Assembly (NCBI GenBank): GCA_964016885.1 | Contig: OZ024757.1 | Span: forward strand, 16,554,001-16,618,000 | From: Eledone cirrhosa | Taxonomy: Eukaryota | Direction of reading: 5' to 3' | Length of the DNA stretch: 64,000 nucleotides | Notes under the pieces: model-generated | The model's database searches: none | Told to the model about the DNA's origin: nothing | What the model saw: the letters and a program-made list of their open reading frames with translations, nothing else | Made by a program: the position numbers and the translations under genes | Shown here: positions 27,578 through 40,852 of the stretch, in pieces | How the letters are laid out: each line of letters opens with the position of its first letter | Position numbering within the stretch: the stretch's first letter is position 1

Positions 27578-28878
27578 GGTGGGGCATAAAAACTGTTACA
27601 AAATAAAATGCAAATAGTTCTTGAAAAAAACATTTATTTCAAGATCTGACTTCAACAAATAGTAAGTAATATACTATTAAACAACTGCACAAAAATTTAT
27701 TCGAAATGCTTTCCTCTAACTCTCACCACCGCTGGAAGTCTTCTAGGAAAGTCTTCGATGACTGCACGAACAGTTTCCATGGGTATTTTCTCCCATACTT
27801 TATTCAGTTTTGATTTTAGAGTTTCAATATTTTGGCTAGGAGTAGAGCAGGTTTCACTCTCAAGAAGTGACCATAAAGAAAAATCGAGAGGGTTGAGATC
27901 TGGTGATGTGGGAGGCCACTCTTCCTTACTGAACCATGCAGGACAATGGTCTCTACACCACTGTTGTGTTATGCAAGCAGTGTGGCTCGTCGCTCCATCT
28001 TGTTGGAGAGTCCAAATGTCATCGCCATAAACAGATATGCACCATGGCATCAGTGCTCCTTCCAAAATATCCTTTATGTAAAGTTCTTTGTTAATTTTAA
28101 CTCCTTGAGGCACAAAAATCAGAGGAGACTTACCTCTTTCAGAAATGGCTGCCCAAATCATCACTGATGCTGGTTTCTGTGTTCTGAACACTTTTCCTAC
28201 ACTTGAAGGAATTGATTTGAGACTTTTTGCAAGTACTCGATCATTTTGATGATTGTGAGACTGCTGCACAGTGAATAACTTCTCATCTGTAAAGATGATG
28301 TTTTGCAGCGTGCCATCCTTGATACAGTTCAATAACAGTTTACTTCTGGAGAGCCTCTTTTCAATTGTGGCTGCAGAAAGAAGCTCCCTCTTTTGGAACT
28401 TATAGGGTGACATCCCCAGATCTTTTCGACATATCCTCCGCATAGTTCTCGGCGATGTTTCTGCTTCTTCTGCCATTTTTCTCATGGACCTTCTTGGATT
28501 ACGCCTTATTTTTTCCCTCACACTTTTAACGAGTTTTGGTGTTCTTGAGGTGCGAGGGCGTCTGGATCGAGGTCTGTCTTTGATCGAGGAAGTTTCCTTA
28601 AATCGATCGATTGTCCTTTTGATCAACATTCTATTGATCTTAAGAATTTTCCCCAGTTTAAATATCTTGGGTGGAGTCAGGCCTTGTTCATGCTTCTCTA
28701 TTATGAACTTGCTTTTCAATTCTATGGACATTGCAAATTGTTAATGGAGTAATGTTCTGAAAAATAGTTAATATGGTTATAGTGCATGGATTTGATACAA
28801 ATATATTAGTTATACTAGCAACATAATGTATTTTTAAATTGATTTAAAACTTTGTAACAGGAATTATGCCACACCCTG
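27575..28878 (-). mobile_element. Full-length Tc1/mariner transposon, DD37D (maT) type, 1304 bp
   Basis: 28-bp TIRs CAGGGTGGGGCATAAAAACTGTTACAAA and CAGGGTGTGGCATAATTCCTGTTACAAA (4 mismatches); TA on both sides. Confidence 0.95.
27697..28731 (-). CDS. DD37D/maT transposase, 344 aa, uninterrupted
   Basis: N-terminal HTH region with RSRRPR linker; FTDEK, QQDGATSH, WPPTSPDLNPLDF; 37 residues between the second and third Asp. Confidence 0.93.
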   Translation of the reverse strand: MSIELKSKFIIEKHEQGLTPPKIFKLGKILKINRMLIKRTIDRFKETSSIKDRPRSRRPRTSRTPKLVKSVREKIRRNPRRSMRKMAEEAETSPRTMRRICRKDLGMSPYKFQKRELLSAATIEKRLSRSKLLLNCIKDGTLQNIIFTDEKLFTVQQSHNHQNDRVLAKSLKSIPSSVGKVFRTQKPASVMIWAAISERGKSPLIFVPQGVKINKELYIKDILEGALMPWCISVYGDDIWTLQQDGATSHTACITQQWCRDHCPAWFSKEEWPPTSPDLNPLDFSLWSLLESETCSTPSQNIETLKSKLNKVWEKIPMETVRAVIEDFPRRLPAVVRVRGKHFE

Positions 28879-29395
28879 TATATGTATATACATACACACA
28901 TACACAGCTATTACGAAATAATATCACATCGTTGATTCTATGCCTCAGCTTTTGGTCTAGTGAAAAACCAATATGGCGACCGTGTGATTAATAAACGGTT
29001 TAGTTAAAGTTCACAGAGAATCAACATTAACGTGTGAACGGAATTTTATTAAGTCGAAATAAAAGCAGCTTATTATTCAACTTGGTGGCGGCAAACAGCC
29101 AAATTAGCATTAGCTGACTGATAACTCCAATTGACTCTACACTAAATATTACGATTGGCGGATTAAAGATTCAACACGTTATTTGCGTTTATTCATGCAA
29201 AATTGTACTTGTTTGTTTGTTGGGGTTCTGTTTTGTTTTTAGAAGTGGGGGGGAGTCTTTTTCTAATGTTTTGCCAAAGAGTTGGTAAAGTCGTTACATC
29301 GTCGAATTAAATGTCTTGCTATTTTTTCTGCTTCTCCACATTCTCTCGCTTTTCCCCACTTCTTTTTTTTTTATTTATTTTCGAGTCTCCTCCCT

Positions 29396-29429
29396 ATTCT
29401 GAAGAAAAGTGTAGTCCGAAACGTTAATT
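29396..29429 (+). ncRNA. Degenerate minimal hammerhead
   Basis: AUU-CUGAAGA-AAAGUGUAGUCC-GAAAC-GUU/AAU; stem II is eroded. Confidence 0.45.
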
Positions 29430-29491
29430 CTTTTTCTCCTATTTCTCAATTTCTATAATGTTTCTGTTCTTTTGTTTTTGTATTTTGATCC

Positions 29492-29585
<94 letters not shown>

Positions 29586-29698
29586 TGTGTGTGTGTGTGT
29601 GTGTGTTTACAAATGCATGTACCATTATCACCAGTATAGAAACGTACGAAGAAATTAAAAAATGTATTTACGTTGTTAACCTTGGTTTTTCTTCATTA

Positions 29699-29735
<37 letters not shown>

Positions 29736-29797
29736 GCATACATACATATAATAGTAATAGTAATAAATGGAAAATATATCACTATAGCATTATAATT

Positions 29798-29857
29798 TAT
29801 TTCGTTATATATATTTCAGGGATACTAATTTATAGTATGACTTCTTCAGACAAAATA
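29798..29857 (-). ncRNA. Hammerhead motif of a family D copy
   Basis: UAUUUUGU-CUGAAGA-AGUCAUAC..GUAUCCCU-GAA-AUAUAUAU-A/ACGAAAUA; stem I A-U to G-C covariation relative to the 14348 copy. Confidence 0.7.
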
Positions 29858-30002
29858 CAATATTTGTGTGTAAAAATGTGACATACCCATTAAAATGGGT
29901 ATAAATTTTATTTGTCGAGTGCTTCATATCTGTTATGAAGATAATTCTGTTGAATACTTATCAACAAAGTCTATAACTCATTGTTTATATATATATATAT
30001 AT

Positions 30003-30198
30003 ATAGGAACGAGTAGGACCCCGACGGCTGAGCTCAAGCCGTTTCGACGGCTAATTCAGTCCAGAATTAGCCGTCGAAACGGCTTGAGCTCAGCCATCGG
30101 GGTCCTACTCGTTCCTATTACCCACTCTACTACCCTAAGTATTGAGTACTTTGGTGCGTTATGGTCCATCTGGTTCCTTACCACATTTCCTTCGTTAT
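30003..30198 (+). mobile_element. Family B fold-back element
   Basis: Palindrome 30003-30118 centred on TAATTC-AGTCCA-GAATTA, plus tail; (TA)n flanks. Confidence 0.85.
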
Positions 30199-30760
30199 AT
30201 ATATATATATACATACATATAATGATATAATGTCGTTTAAATTCGTAAAGAATATCGAACGCGTCGGACGGTATGCTTTACCAAAAACCGACTGTAGTGC
30301 GGCACTTCTGCTAGTTTTATCTGATATAACTAGCAAAATGTGACGACGAAAACAAAATCAACGATGGTTAGTGGTTTTAATATAGATTTAATGTCTGAAG
30401 TGTTCTAGATTTAATGTCTGAATTGTTCTAGCAGTTCGTTGACTCACACAGACAGATAAATTCGTTGATATGGTTATTTAATGGAACAGGATGTGGCTGT
30501 ATAACATAGAACATTCTGATATTTAATGAAGATGTCGATATAAACATATTTTTCATCATTTAGACAATCGCAATATGGCGCCAATTTTCACGTAAGACTG
30601 AGTCAATGCTAGCTTGAAGTCCAACACCAAATATATATTTATGACCTCTTGTGAATTGCTATATATTGCATAATATATGCCTATATTATATTATATATTA
30701 CAGCTTGCATACTCTGCGGTGTGTATAATTATTCTAATATATAATATATTCATCATTATG

Positions 30761-30806
<46 letters not shown>

Positions 30807-31108
30807 ATATATACAAGTGTGTGTGTGTCGATATATATGCATGTGTATTTATATAGGTGAGATGGTTGCCTAAAAACTGTACGGCGTAATTCAGGCTGTT
30901 TGTTTGTTTACAAACGAACAAACCGAACATTATAATAAATGTTCGGTAAACTGATACGTGCATATATATATGTGTGCCTGTATGTATATATATACATGCT
31001 ACTGTACGTCTGTATACATATATGTATGTACGTATACATACATACTTACATTTAAGTAAGTGCCGTACTAAGAGTGAGAAATGAAATTTCGTTTCATTCT
31101 ATTCCATT

Positions 31109-31143
<35 letters not shown>

Positions 31144-31169
31144 TTGTTGTAAGCTTGCTTAGATAGTAC

Positions 31170-31242
<73 letters not shown>

Positions 31243-31245
<3 letters not shown>

Positions 31246-31877
31246 TTAATATAGATGAGATTCTATAGGACTAGAACTGTTTCATTCATTAGAAATCATC
31301 AGGAATCTGGGTATCAAAAAATAAATATGGTATTTATAGGTCTCTACAAGTGGTAGGAGAGGGTGGGGAGTGGGATGGGTGCAGGTCATTGGTTGATAGA
31401 AAAGGGAATTCATTAAAAGCTAATTCTACAAAGCTATAGTTTATTTTTATTTATTTATGTTTTTAGAGTAACAAGGGCAGACAGAATTCTATAAACAGGT
31501 TCCGGATGGCATACCATTCCTTGTCATTAAGTTTCTCTTAAGCTAACAGGTGTCTATAAAATCAGTGGGGGGTCAGTCATGGTCGATAGAATTAAAGAAA
31601 AGGGAGATTCTTTAAAAGCTAAAGTCATTAGCTTTTAATGAATTCCCTTTTCTATCAACCAATGACCTGCACCCATCCCACTCCCCACCCTCTCCTACCA
31701 CTTGTAGAGACCTATAAATACCATATTTATTTTTTGATACCCAGATTCCTGATGATTTCTAATGAATGAAACAGTTCTAGTCCTGTAGAATCTCATCTAT
31801 ATTAAAACTTTTATACTCTGCTATGTATTGAGTACCTTACTTACTGTGGTTACCTCCGATTCAACCCGGAATAACGT
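31243..31877. mobile_element. Fold-back element (about 180-bp arms) with hammerheads at 31258-31308 (minus) and 31743-31793 (plus)
   Basis: AGAUUC-CUGAUGA-UUUC-UAAU-GAAU-GAA-ACAG..CUGU-A/GAAUCU; tail shared with 49506-49580 and 3480-3545. Confidence 0.85.
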
Positions 31878-32155
31878 ATATATATATATATATATATATA
31901 TATCAGCTTGAAAGTTGAGTTAAACTTTTGGGCTGGAGTGTAAAGTGTAAAGCTCTATATGCAACTGATACGAATCAGCCTATCTACATGGGCGAAAATA
32001 CTGTATTTTTTTTCGCCTCTTTCAAATTCCAGCAGACAGCAGCGGAAGCGCTGAGCTGGTAACAGTAATAGACAGAAATGCATATATATATATATATGTG
32101 TGATGTGTGTGTGTGTGTGTGCGTGCGTGTGCGTGTGTGCGTGTGTGTGTGTGTG

Positions 32156-32244
<89 letters not shown>

Positions 32245-32550
32245 CATTGAAGATCTGCAGCAGCTATGTATCGTTGCAAGAAAGGTGTCCGTGTGTCGTG
32301 TGTACGACATTTTTGCAGAAATAATGTTCAAATACAGTCCGCCATATTGGTATCTTCGCTTGCCTACTTCAACCCAATCTAACCTCGTAATTTTCTAAAC
32401 TATATATTTGACATTCAGAGCGGAACCTTTCGTTTTAATTGTCAAATGTCCCCACCACCACCACCACCAGTACCACCAGTAACATTTCTATGTATATATT
32501 ATATATACATGTGTATATACACACATATATATACATACATATATATATAT

Positions 32551-32607
<57 letters not shown>

Positions 32608-32617
32608 ATGTATATAT

Positions 32618-32663
<46 letters not shown>

Positions 32664-32724
32664 ATATATATATATGTATATACACATGTATATATAATAT
32701 AATATATATATATTATATATATAT

Positions 32725-32771
<47 letters not shown>

Positions 32772-32812
32772 TGATATTATCTCCAGATAAATATTACACA
32801 CACATATATATA

Positions 32813-32870
<58 letters not shown>

Positions 32871-32876
<6 letters not shown>

Positions 32877-33932
32877 TAATTTAATATATCAACTAACATA
32901 AGCGCACAGATGCACGCCCATGCCAGCAAATACACAGGTTATGTCATAGTACCTAGGTGGTTCAATGCAGGAGAATGCAGAACAATAATATAAAGGACGT
33001 AAAATAAGAAAATATTTTTTTAAAAAAAAATTTAAAAAAAAAAATTTTTTTTCTTACTTAAATTTTCACTCCAACTAATTAGTTTCTGCAATGGGATAAA
33101 GACAGTTATGTAATCCAACTGTCGAGAATTCATTGCGTCATCAGGAAGTCTATTCTCAGTTAAGTCTCCAGGCAATGCGCGGACACTGGCGGCTCATATA
33201 AAAATAATAATAATTCGGTAGATTGAACAGCTTGCGAGGACTGGATTCTATGTACCGAAATTCTCACTGCTTCAAGTCAAATGGCCGATTCTAAAGAATC
33301 AATCACGTGACACAGAGGCTAGTTAGAAGGAATGGGATGGTAAGATGACTGACAATTTTCTTATTTTACGTCCTTTATATTATTGTTCTGCATTCTCCTG
33401 CATTGAACCACCTAGGTACTATGACATAACCTGTGTATTTGCTGGCATGGGCGTGCATCTGTGCGCTTATGTTAGTTGATATATTAAATTATCTATATTT
33501 ATCTCCAAATCACTGATTTGTCGAGCAAACTTGTCAAAACCACTTCTAAAGAAATTTTTTTTGGGGTGTTAGTAGGCGTCAGTCATCTTACCATCCCATT
33601 CCTTCTAACTAGCCTCTGTGTCACGTGATTGATTCTTTAGAATCGGCCATTTGACTTGAAGCAGTGAGAATTTCGGTACATAGAATCCAGTCCACGCAAG
33701 CTGTTCGATCTACCGAATTATTATTATTTTTATATGAGCCGCCAGTGTCCGCGCATTGCCTGGAGACTTAACTGAGAATAGACTTCCTGATGACGCAATG
33801 AATTCTCGACAGTTGGATTACGTAACTGTCTTTATCCCATTGCAGAAACTAATTAGTTGGAGTGAAAATTTAAGTAAGAAAAAAAAATTTTTTTTTAAAT
33901 TTTTTTAAAAAAATATTTTCTTATTTTACGTC

Positions 33933-33940
<8 letters not shown>
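32871..33940. mobile_element. Retrozyme-like insertion: permuted 560-nt unit plus inverted copy; hammerheads at 33068-33149 (minus) and 33782-33863 (plus)
   Basis: ACUUC-CUGAUGA-C-GCAAUG...CAUUGC-A-GAA-ACUAAUUAGU-U/GGAGU; 33355-33380 is repeated at 33915-33940. Confidence 0.8.
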
Positions 33941-33981
<41 letters not shown>

Positions 33982-34015
33982 TATATGATATATACATGTG
34001 TATATACATATGGAG

Positions 34016-34058
<43 letters not shown>

Positions 34059-34059
34059 T

Positions 34060-34186
<127 letters not shown>

Positions 34187-34599
34187 TTATCTGGAGATAA
34201 TATCACGATTGCTGGCAACCAATAGACTTTGTTATGGCTGGGCTTTCTGGGTTTTTTATGCGTTTCAACATCGAATATACATCTTCAGAAACGCAGAAAG
34301 ACCCACTCTAACGCACAGAGGCACAAACACATTGTGCGTATAGTTGAATTGTATACACATATGTACACACATACGCATACGCAATCACAAACGCATGCAC
34401 CTTCGCGTTAAACGAATATATGAATTCATACACAAAGGTAAATACATATACAAACACACAGTGATGTGGGAGAAATGTATGCGAGACAAAGAATGAGAGA
34501 GGGTGTATGAGAGAGAGAGGGAGAGAGAACGAGGGAGAACAAGTGAGAGTTGAAGTAAGAGAGAGAGAGAGAGAGAGAGAGGGTGAGAGAGAGAGAGTT

Positions 34600-34674
<75 letters not shown>

Positions 34675-34971
34675 TGAAAGTTGAAGTGAGAGAGGGAGAG
34701 AGAAAGAGAGAGAGAGAGTGAGAGAGGGAGATGGCGAGAGAGAAAGAGAGAGCGAGAGGGAGAAGGCGAGAGAGAGAGAGACACAGCTTGACAGATAAAG
34801 GAAGGGAATACGTAAATCTGAATTCTTTAATACTCACCAGCTGAGATGCTCATTAAATGAGGAACATGGCTGCCTTGAATGAATTGGGGAAGGGCAGTAT
34901 ATATTCTTATTCCGATTCTTGTTCTCATTCTTATTCTTATTCTCATTCTCATTCTTATTCTTATTATATGA

Positions 34972-35526
34972 GAGCAGTGGATTGGCAACATCCATGGAGC
35001 ATTGGACACCATACTTCGTTGCATAGACTTACGTTTCGAATCCCGCTGCGGTTGACTTTGCCTTTCATCCTTACGGGGTCGATAAAATAAAGTACCAGTA
35101 ATGTACTGGGATAATTGCTGGCCTTGTGCCAAAAGTAGAAACAATTATTTTCAATTGGCAGTATCGGTAGACGGTCGGACGCCATGCTTTGCAATATAGA
35201 GTTGCGGCCCTTTATGATCTAAGTTCAAATCCCGCCGAGGTTAACTTTTACTTTCATCCTTACGGGGTCGATAAAATAAAGTACCAGTAATGTACTGGGA
35301 TAATTGCTGGCCTTGTGCCAAAAGTAGAAACAATTATTTTCAATTGGCAGTATCGGTAGACGGTCGGACGCCATGCTTTGCAATATAGAGTTGCGGCCCT
35401 TTATGATCTAAGTTCAAATCCCGCCGAGGTTAACTTTTACTTTCATCCTTACGGGGTCGATAAAATAAAGTACCAGTAATGCACTGGTTAATTGCTGGCC
35501 TTGTGCCAAAAGTAGAAACAACTATT
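34972..35526 (+). mobile_element. Three tandem family A SINEs (last two near-identical, 190-bp period)
   Basis: Direct repeat of head, B-box, core and tail. Confidence 0.88.
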
Positions 35527-35639
35527 AAAGGGAACAGAAAGGGAAGAAGAAAAACAATAAGAAAATGAAAAGGTGGGAAAGAAAGAAAGATCAAGCAACA
35601 AAAGAAAGGGAGAGGGGTGAGAGAGACATTACATTACAC

Positions 35640-35885
35640 TCCAGTCTGGGCAATACCTCAGCCACGCCCGGCAGATTAAACGGCAAAAGCGTTACCCCCG
35701 GAGAATGGCCAGAGACACCCACTGCGACAGCTACCCCCACCATACGGGCCACCTTCCTTAAGCGGACCACCGTCTTTCCGACTTTACGGAGGAAATGAGC
35801 AGTGCGGGAACGAAGGTCACCAGAGGTCTCGACGGTGACCGGTGCAAAGAGGAAGCGCTCTGAGAAACCCCCATATTTTCGGCCC
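35640..35885 (-). pseudogene. Second CRE-like LINE 3' fragment
   Basis: RKY..FLFAPVTVETSG...FLRKVGK, frameshifted into VSLAILRGNAFAV; homologous to 10625-10858. Confidence 0.7.
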
Positions 35886-36680
35886 ACTCTGTGCCTCTTC
35901 CCGGGATATAATTGCTCCTTTTATGTCCTTGAGTTTGAGACGCCCTGGTTTAGACTAACACATTACCCATTTATTCTTTGTCGAGCTACTACTGTTTAAT
36001 ACGGTTCAAAAGACCAACTTCCAATTGTTTTTATCGGAGCTAGACAAATATTGACAGTATTCACAATATGGCCGCTATAATAATTTCAATCGAAATCATT
36101 CCTAACATAACATTACCAACGACGGATGAGTTTTTATACAATTCATATATTTTAAAAATCAATGTAAAATATTATTATGAAAAATATTATAGGAATGTTT
36201 GGCCAATATCGTAGCCATTTATCACCATATTTGAATAGCCGTTTATCGAAAGAAATACTATATTATAAAATCAATTTATTTTATTGTATTTCATTGTATT
36301 TTATTTTATTTTATTTTTCGTAATATGTTCTTTAGATTCTAGCCAATCTGCTGGCTACATTAATGTAGCATATTAAATTGATCGGTTCGTCTTCTCAAAC
36401 TGACTATATTTATATGTTTTCCATTTGCTAAAAAAGGACAAAGTTAAAAGCTTATATTTCCAACGGCTTGTTTTATATAGCAAGTCTTTCCTTAGATTAC
36501 CATTAACATTTTATGGGTTCCTGGGTTTCAAAAACCATATATATTTCTAATGGCCGCGAAGTGATGTTAAAGAAGTAGCCACAATTGTGAAAAATAACGG
36601 CGCAATATTTACACGTACATAAAACGTGTGTGTCTGTATCTCTCTATGTGTGTGAGTGTTGTGTGTATGCATGTGTGTGT

Positions 36681-36730
<50 letters not shown>

Positions 36731-36822
36731 CTTATAAAAATTAACATCATTTCCCGTCAGTGGCGCACCGAACATAATAATAATACCAGTCTGTTGAAGA
36801 TAGAGTAGGATGATAGGTATAC

Positions 36823-36926
<104 letters not shown>

Positions 36927-37028
36927 TATATATGTGTATTGTTTGAATCATTTAGAAGCAAAATATGACGAGTATTCTACTTCCTCTTATCCTAACTCCC
37001 TCTTTCTCCCTCCCTCTCTGTCTTTCAC

Positions 37029-37085
<57 letters not shown>

Positions 37086-37750
37086 ATCTCTCTCTCACTT
37101 GCTCTCTCACTCCCTTTCTCTCTAGCACTTGCTCTCGCTCTCACTCACTCGCTCTCTCTCTCCTTCACTCGCTCTCCCTCCCTCTCACCCTCTCTCTCTC
37201 TCTCTCTAGCACTCGCTATCCCCCTCTCACCCCTCTCTTTCTCGCCCTTTCTCACTCACTCGGTCTCTCTCTCTCTCTCTCTCGCTCTCTCTCACCCCCA
37301 TCCTCTCTCTCTAGCTCTCGCTCTCCCCCTCTCTATCTCTCGCCCTCTCTCACTCACTCGGTCTCTCTCTCTCTCTCGCTCTCTCTCACCCCCCCATCCT
37401 CTCTCTCTAGCACTCGCTCTCCCCCTCTCTATCTCTCGCCCTCTCTCACCCACTCGGTCTCTCTCTCCCTAGTTCTCTCTCACCCCCCATCCTCTCTCTC
37501 TCTAGCATTAGCTCTCCCCCTCTCTATCTCTCGCCCTCTCTCACCCACTCGGTCTCTCTCTCCCTAGTTCTCTCTCACTCTCAAATTGTATTTCACGGAT
37601 ATTTAATTTATATTTGAAAACCATCGCTAATAAATACACAATTAGAAACCTTCAGGAAACGCTATAAAATGTAACAGAAATATTATTTTTGTCAGGGAAA
37701 ACAGCGCCTGAATATTTAACACTGTATACATTATTAAATGGCTCTGGATA

Positions 37751-37941
37751 GGGCGGTGGATTGGCAGTATCGGTAGAGGGTCGGACGCCATGCTTTCCAG
37801 CATAGTTACGTCCCTTTATGATCTGAGTTCAAATCCCGCCGAGGTTGACTTTGCCTTTCATCCTTACGGGGTCGATAAAATAAAGTACCAGTAATGCACT
37901 GGTTATTTGCTGGCCTTGTGCCTAAAGTAGAAACAATTATT
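37751..37941 (+). mobile_element. Family A SINE
   Basis: Consensus-like copy. Confidence 0.88.
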
Positions 37942-38541
37942 AAATGGCTCTGAAGGAAGATAAGACACACTTTGTATACAACGAATTGTATGTATGTGTG
38001 CGTGTGTGTGTGTATGTGTGTGTGTGTGTGTATGTGTCTGTATCTATGTATGTGTCTGTATGTATGTATGTGTGTGTATGTATGTGTGTGTGTGTACGTA
38101 TGTGTGTATGTGTTTGTGTATGTGTGTATGTATGTGTGTGTGTGTGTATGAACATATGTGTGTATGCATGTGTGTGTGTATGTGTGTGTGTGTATGTATC
38201 AATGTGTGTGTGTTTGTGTGTGCGTATGTATGTTTGTGTGTGTGTATGAATGTGCGTACGTATGTGTGTGTATAATAATAATAAGAATAGCAACTGCACA
38301 CACACTAATAGGGATTGTAACAACAAGAGTAACCCGCACCACAGAAATGACCATAGGAACATTAAAGGAAACAAATCACCAGACATAAAAAACAGAAATA
38401 GAAGAAGAAATAATACATTTTTCAACCCTCCTTTCAATTTAAACGTCTCTACCAACCTTCCTAGGGCTTTCTTCTCACTACTAGATAAACACTTCCCATC
38501 CGGCCACAGGTACCACGGCCTTTTAAACAAAAACACTATTC

Positions 38542-39264
38542 TCATACTCTACTACGCCTAACTTAGCATACCACATAGCTAGTACAAATAAAAGAAAATT
38601 TAATTCTTACTTCCAACAAGCTAAATCACAACGGTCGATAAACCTTCAAAATAACATTCAAAATGACAGTCAAGGTAACATTATAACAAATAACCGTAAT
38701 ATCAATGGAAATAGTAATAATAGCACTAGTGTAAACATTAACGCTGCGTACCACAACCCGCATAACCATAACCCTATAGCTAACCTCCAAACCTCTACAC
38801 AGCATAGTAACCGGCAGACTAGCACCCAGAGTAATTGTAACTGTAGATCAAGTAGAACCTGCCCTTTAGATAAAAAATGCTTAACCAAGGATATCATATA
38901 CTCATGTACAGTCACAACTAACAGCTCTTCTGAAACCTACATAGGCTCCACTTCTAACTGCTTCAAAACTAGATACAATTCGCACCTCCACTCTTTCAAA
39001 AAACACAGTCTAGCCAACTCCACTTCACTATCTAGCTACATACACTATCTAAAAACTAAAAATAAAATATATACACTTAAATGGGAAGTGGTGGGTGGTG
39101 CAACATCGTACAAACCACCTGATAAATTTTGTAACCTCTGTCTACTAGAGACCCATACTATCATCTTCTCTAAACATAATCTCCTTAATAAAAAATCAGA
39201 AGTGTTCGCAAATTGCCAACACCGCTTCCGACACTCGTTCCAAAACTTTAAACCCTATATATAA
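38542..39264 (+). pseudogene. Penelope GIY-YIG endonuclease frame (stop-free, 240 codons, absent from the ORF track; frameshifted from the upstream part at about 38541)
   Basis: SYSTTPNL..; CNCRSSRTCPLDKKCLTKDIIYSCTV...YIGST..FKTRYNSHLHSF...LKW...CNLCLLE...LLNKKSE...CQH. Confidence 0.9.
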
Positions 39265-40805
39265 TAATGTCAGACTGGAACCGGCACCACCCCTAGCAAT
39301 TAACATCAGTAGCACACCTTACACCTCACATCCACACCCATCTCTATACTCTAAAGATAATACTGACAGCATTTGAGTGCCACCTACCCTGGGAATACCC
39401 ACTTGTACCTCTAATACTGATATCCCGACCGTGGACTACTTATTCTGCATTGCACAAATATAAGATTAGTATAAATTGGGGACACGGTACTGGTTGTGAT
39501 AGCATAGTCCTGTGCATGGATTACCACCAAGAGATAGATTGATGATTAGATAGATAATCGTATTGTTAAGTGAGTATATACTGTAAGCGATCAGTTCATT
39601 GAATTATGCACGTAATCATCTTGATGTGGACTCCTTTAATACCTAATAATAGACTCCACTCTAGCTTGGAGATGTGATACATAATTGATTTATATTTGAG
39701 ACGGGGGTTGTCTATTACCTGATGGCCAGACTAGTGCGTTTATATGAGAGATCGGATCTCCGGACGATACTGAAGATTTACTGGAGATGCAGGCAAGCAA
39801 TGACCCGGAGCCTACCGGGTGGCATATATAATAGTGGGACCATACCAGGTCCTACTGTTGTATTACATTTGCATGGAGCAGTGACTTGAGAGTCCGACTC
39901 CTCTTATAGAACGTTCAGATATGACACCCCTTAATTATTGGTTGGCAATCATCCTAGTATATACACCCTTGTACTTCTTAATGAACAACTCTCTAACTTA
40001 TAAATGGGTACCATACTCTAGATATTAGTTATAACTTCACATGATAGGCACGTATTTGAATCACCATTAATGTAGTTTAGCATAGTAATGAAACTAAAAT
40101 AACTAGCTAGTTACCTCCCCTTACGCATTAATTCCCCTTAATCATTCAGGCACTTCCGGAATTTGGACAGCATGATATATTAATTAAGAACCGACTGGAT
40201 ACCGTTTATAGCTTGACTATATGCTGAACCACTGCGAATTATACGATAGACGCGTGTTCTCTATATATATATTGCGTCTCATGGATTATGTGAGTGGTGG
40301 TGTGAGCAAGGACAGTGGTACGACCTTGCCTACGATACAATAAGGTTTATAGTATGTTGAAGGTTTTTGATATTTTGGTGTTTCCCCGCATCCGAGACTG
40401 TATATCATACAGATGTATGAGAATAAATGACTTAATAATTCAGCCCACATAATAAGATCGATTGCCTGCTTCAACTGCCTGACCCTGCAAATATCATTCT
40501 GACGCACTCTAATCATGTATAGATAAGACAAGCGTGCATGCTACACGGGAGATTGCTTCATGCACTGACTACTCTAAGCTTTCCTCTTGCTTTATCTTCA
40601 TAGACTGCCAACGCTTCATGTTTATCTTTATTTTCACTCTTGCTTTTATTTTATTTTATTTTATTTTATTTTTATCATGTAACACTTTATATGTAAATTG
40701 CCATGCTATTTCATTTGATGAATGTCACCCCACTGTTGATCAATATGCGCATATGTTTTATGTGTCTCTTGGGTTGAAAAGGAGGTCAAGTATGTTATAA
40801 ATAGC

Positions 40806-40852
40806 TGCTCCGAAGAATCCAAACCTCGGTTTGGAGGAAACAATTGTAAGCA
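40806..40852 (+). ncRNA. Hammerhead of the Penelope 3' end (variant core CCGAAGA)
   Basis: UGCU-CCGAAGA-AUCCAAAC-CUCG-GUUUGGAG-GAA-ACAAUUGU-A/AGCA. Confidence 0.75.

Noticed and set aside
27758-28744. Plus-strand ORFs overlapping the transposase
   Set aside because: Antisense shadows of the real minus-strand CDS
37751-37845. tRNA genes at A-box/B-box motifs
   Set aside because: No complete cloverleaf; each continues into a SINE body
38542-39264. Selenocysteine-type (in-frame UGA) Penelope protein as reported for some Naiad elements
   Set aside because: All conserved Cys codons here are TGT or TGC; no in-frame TGA, and no SECIS could be identified by eye
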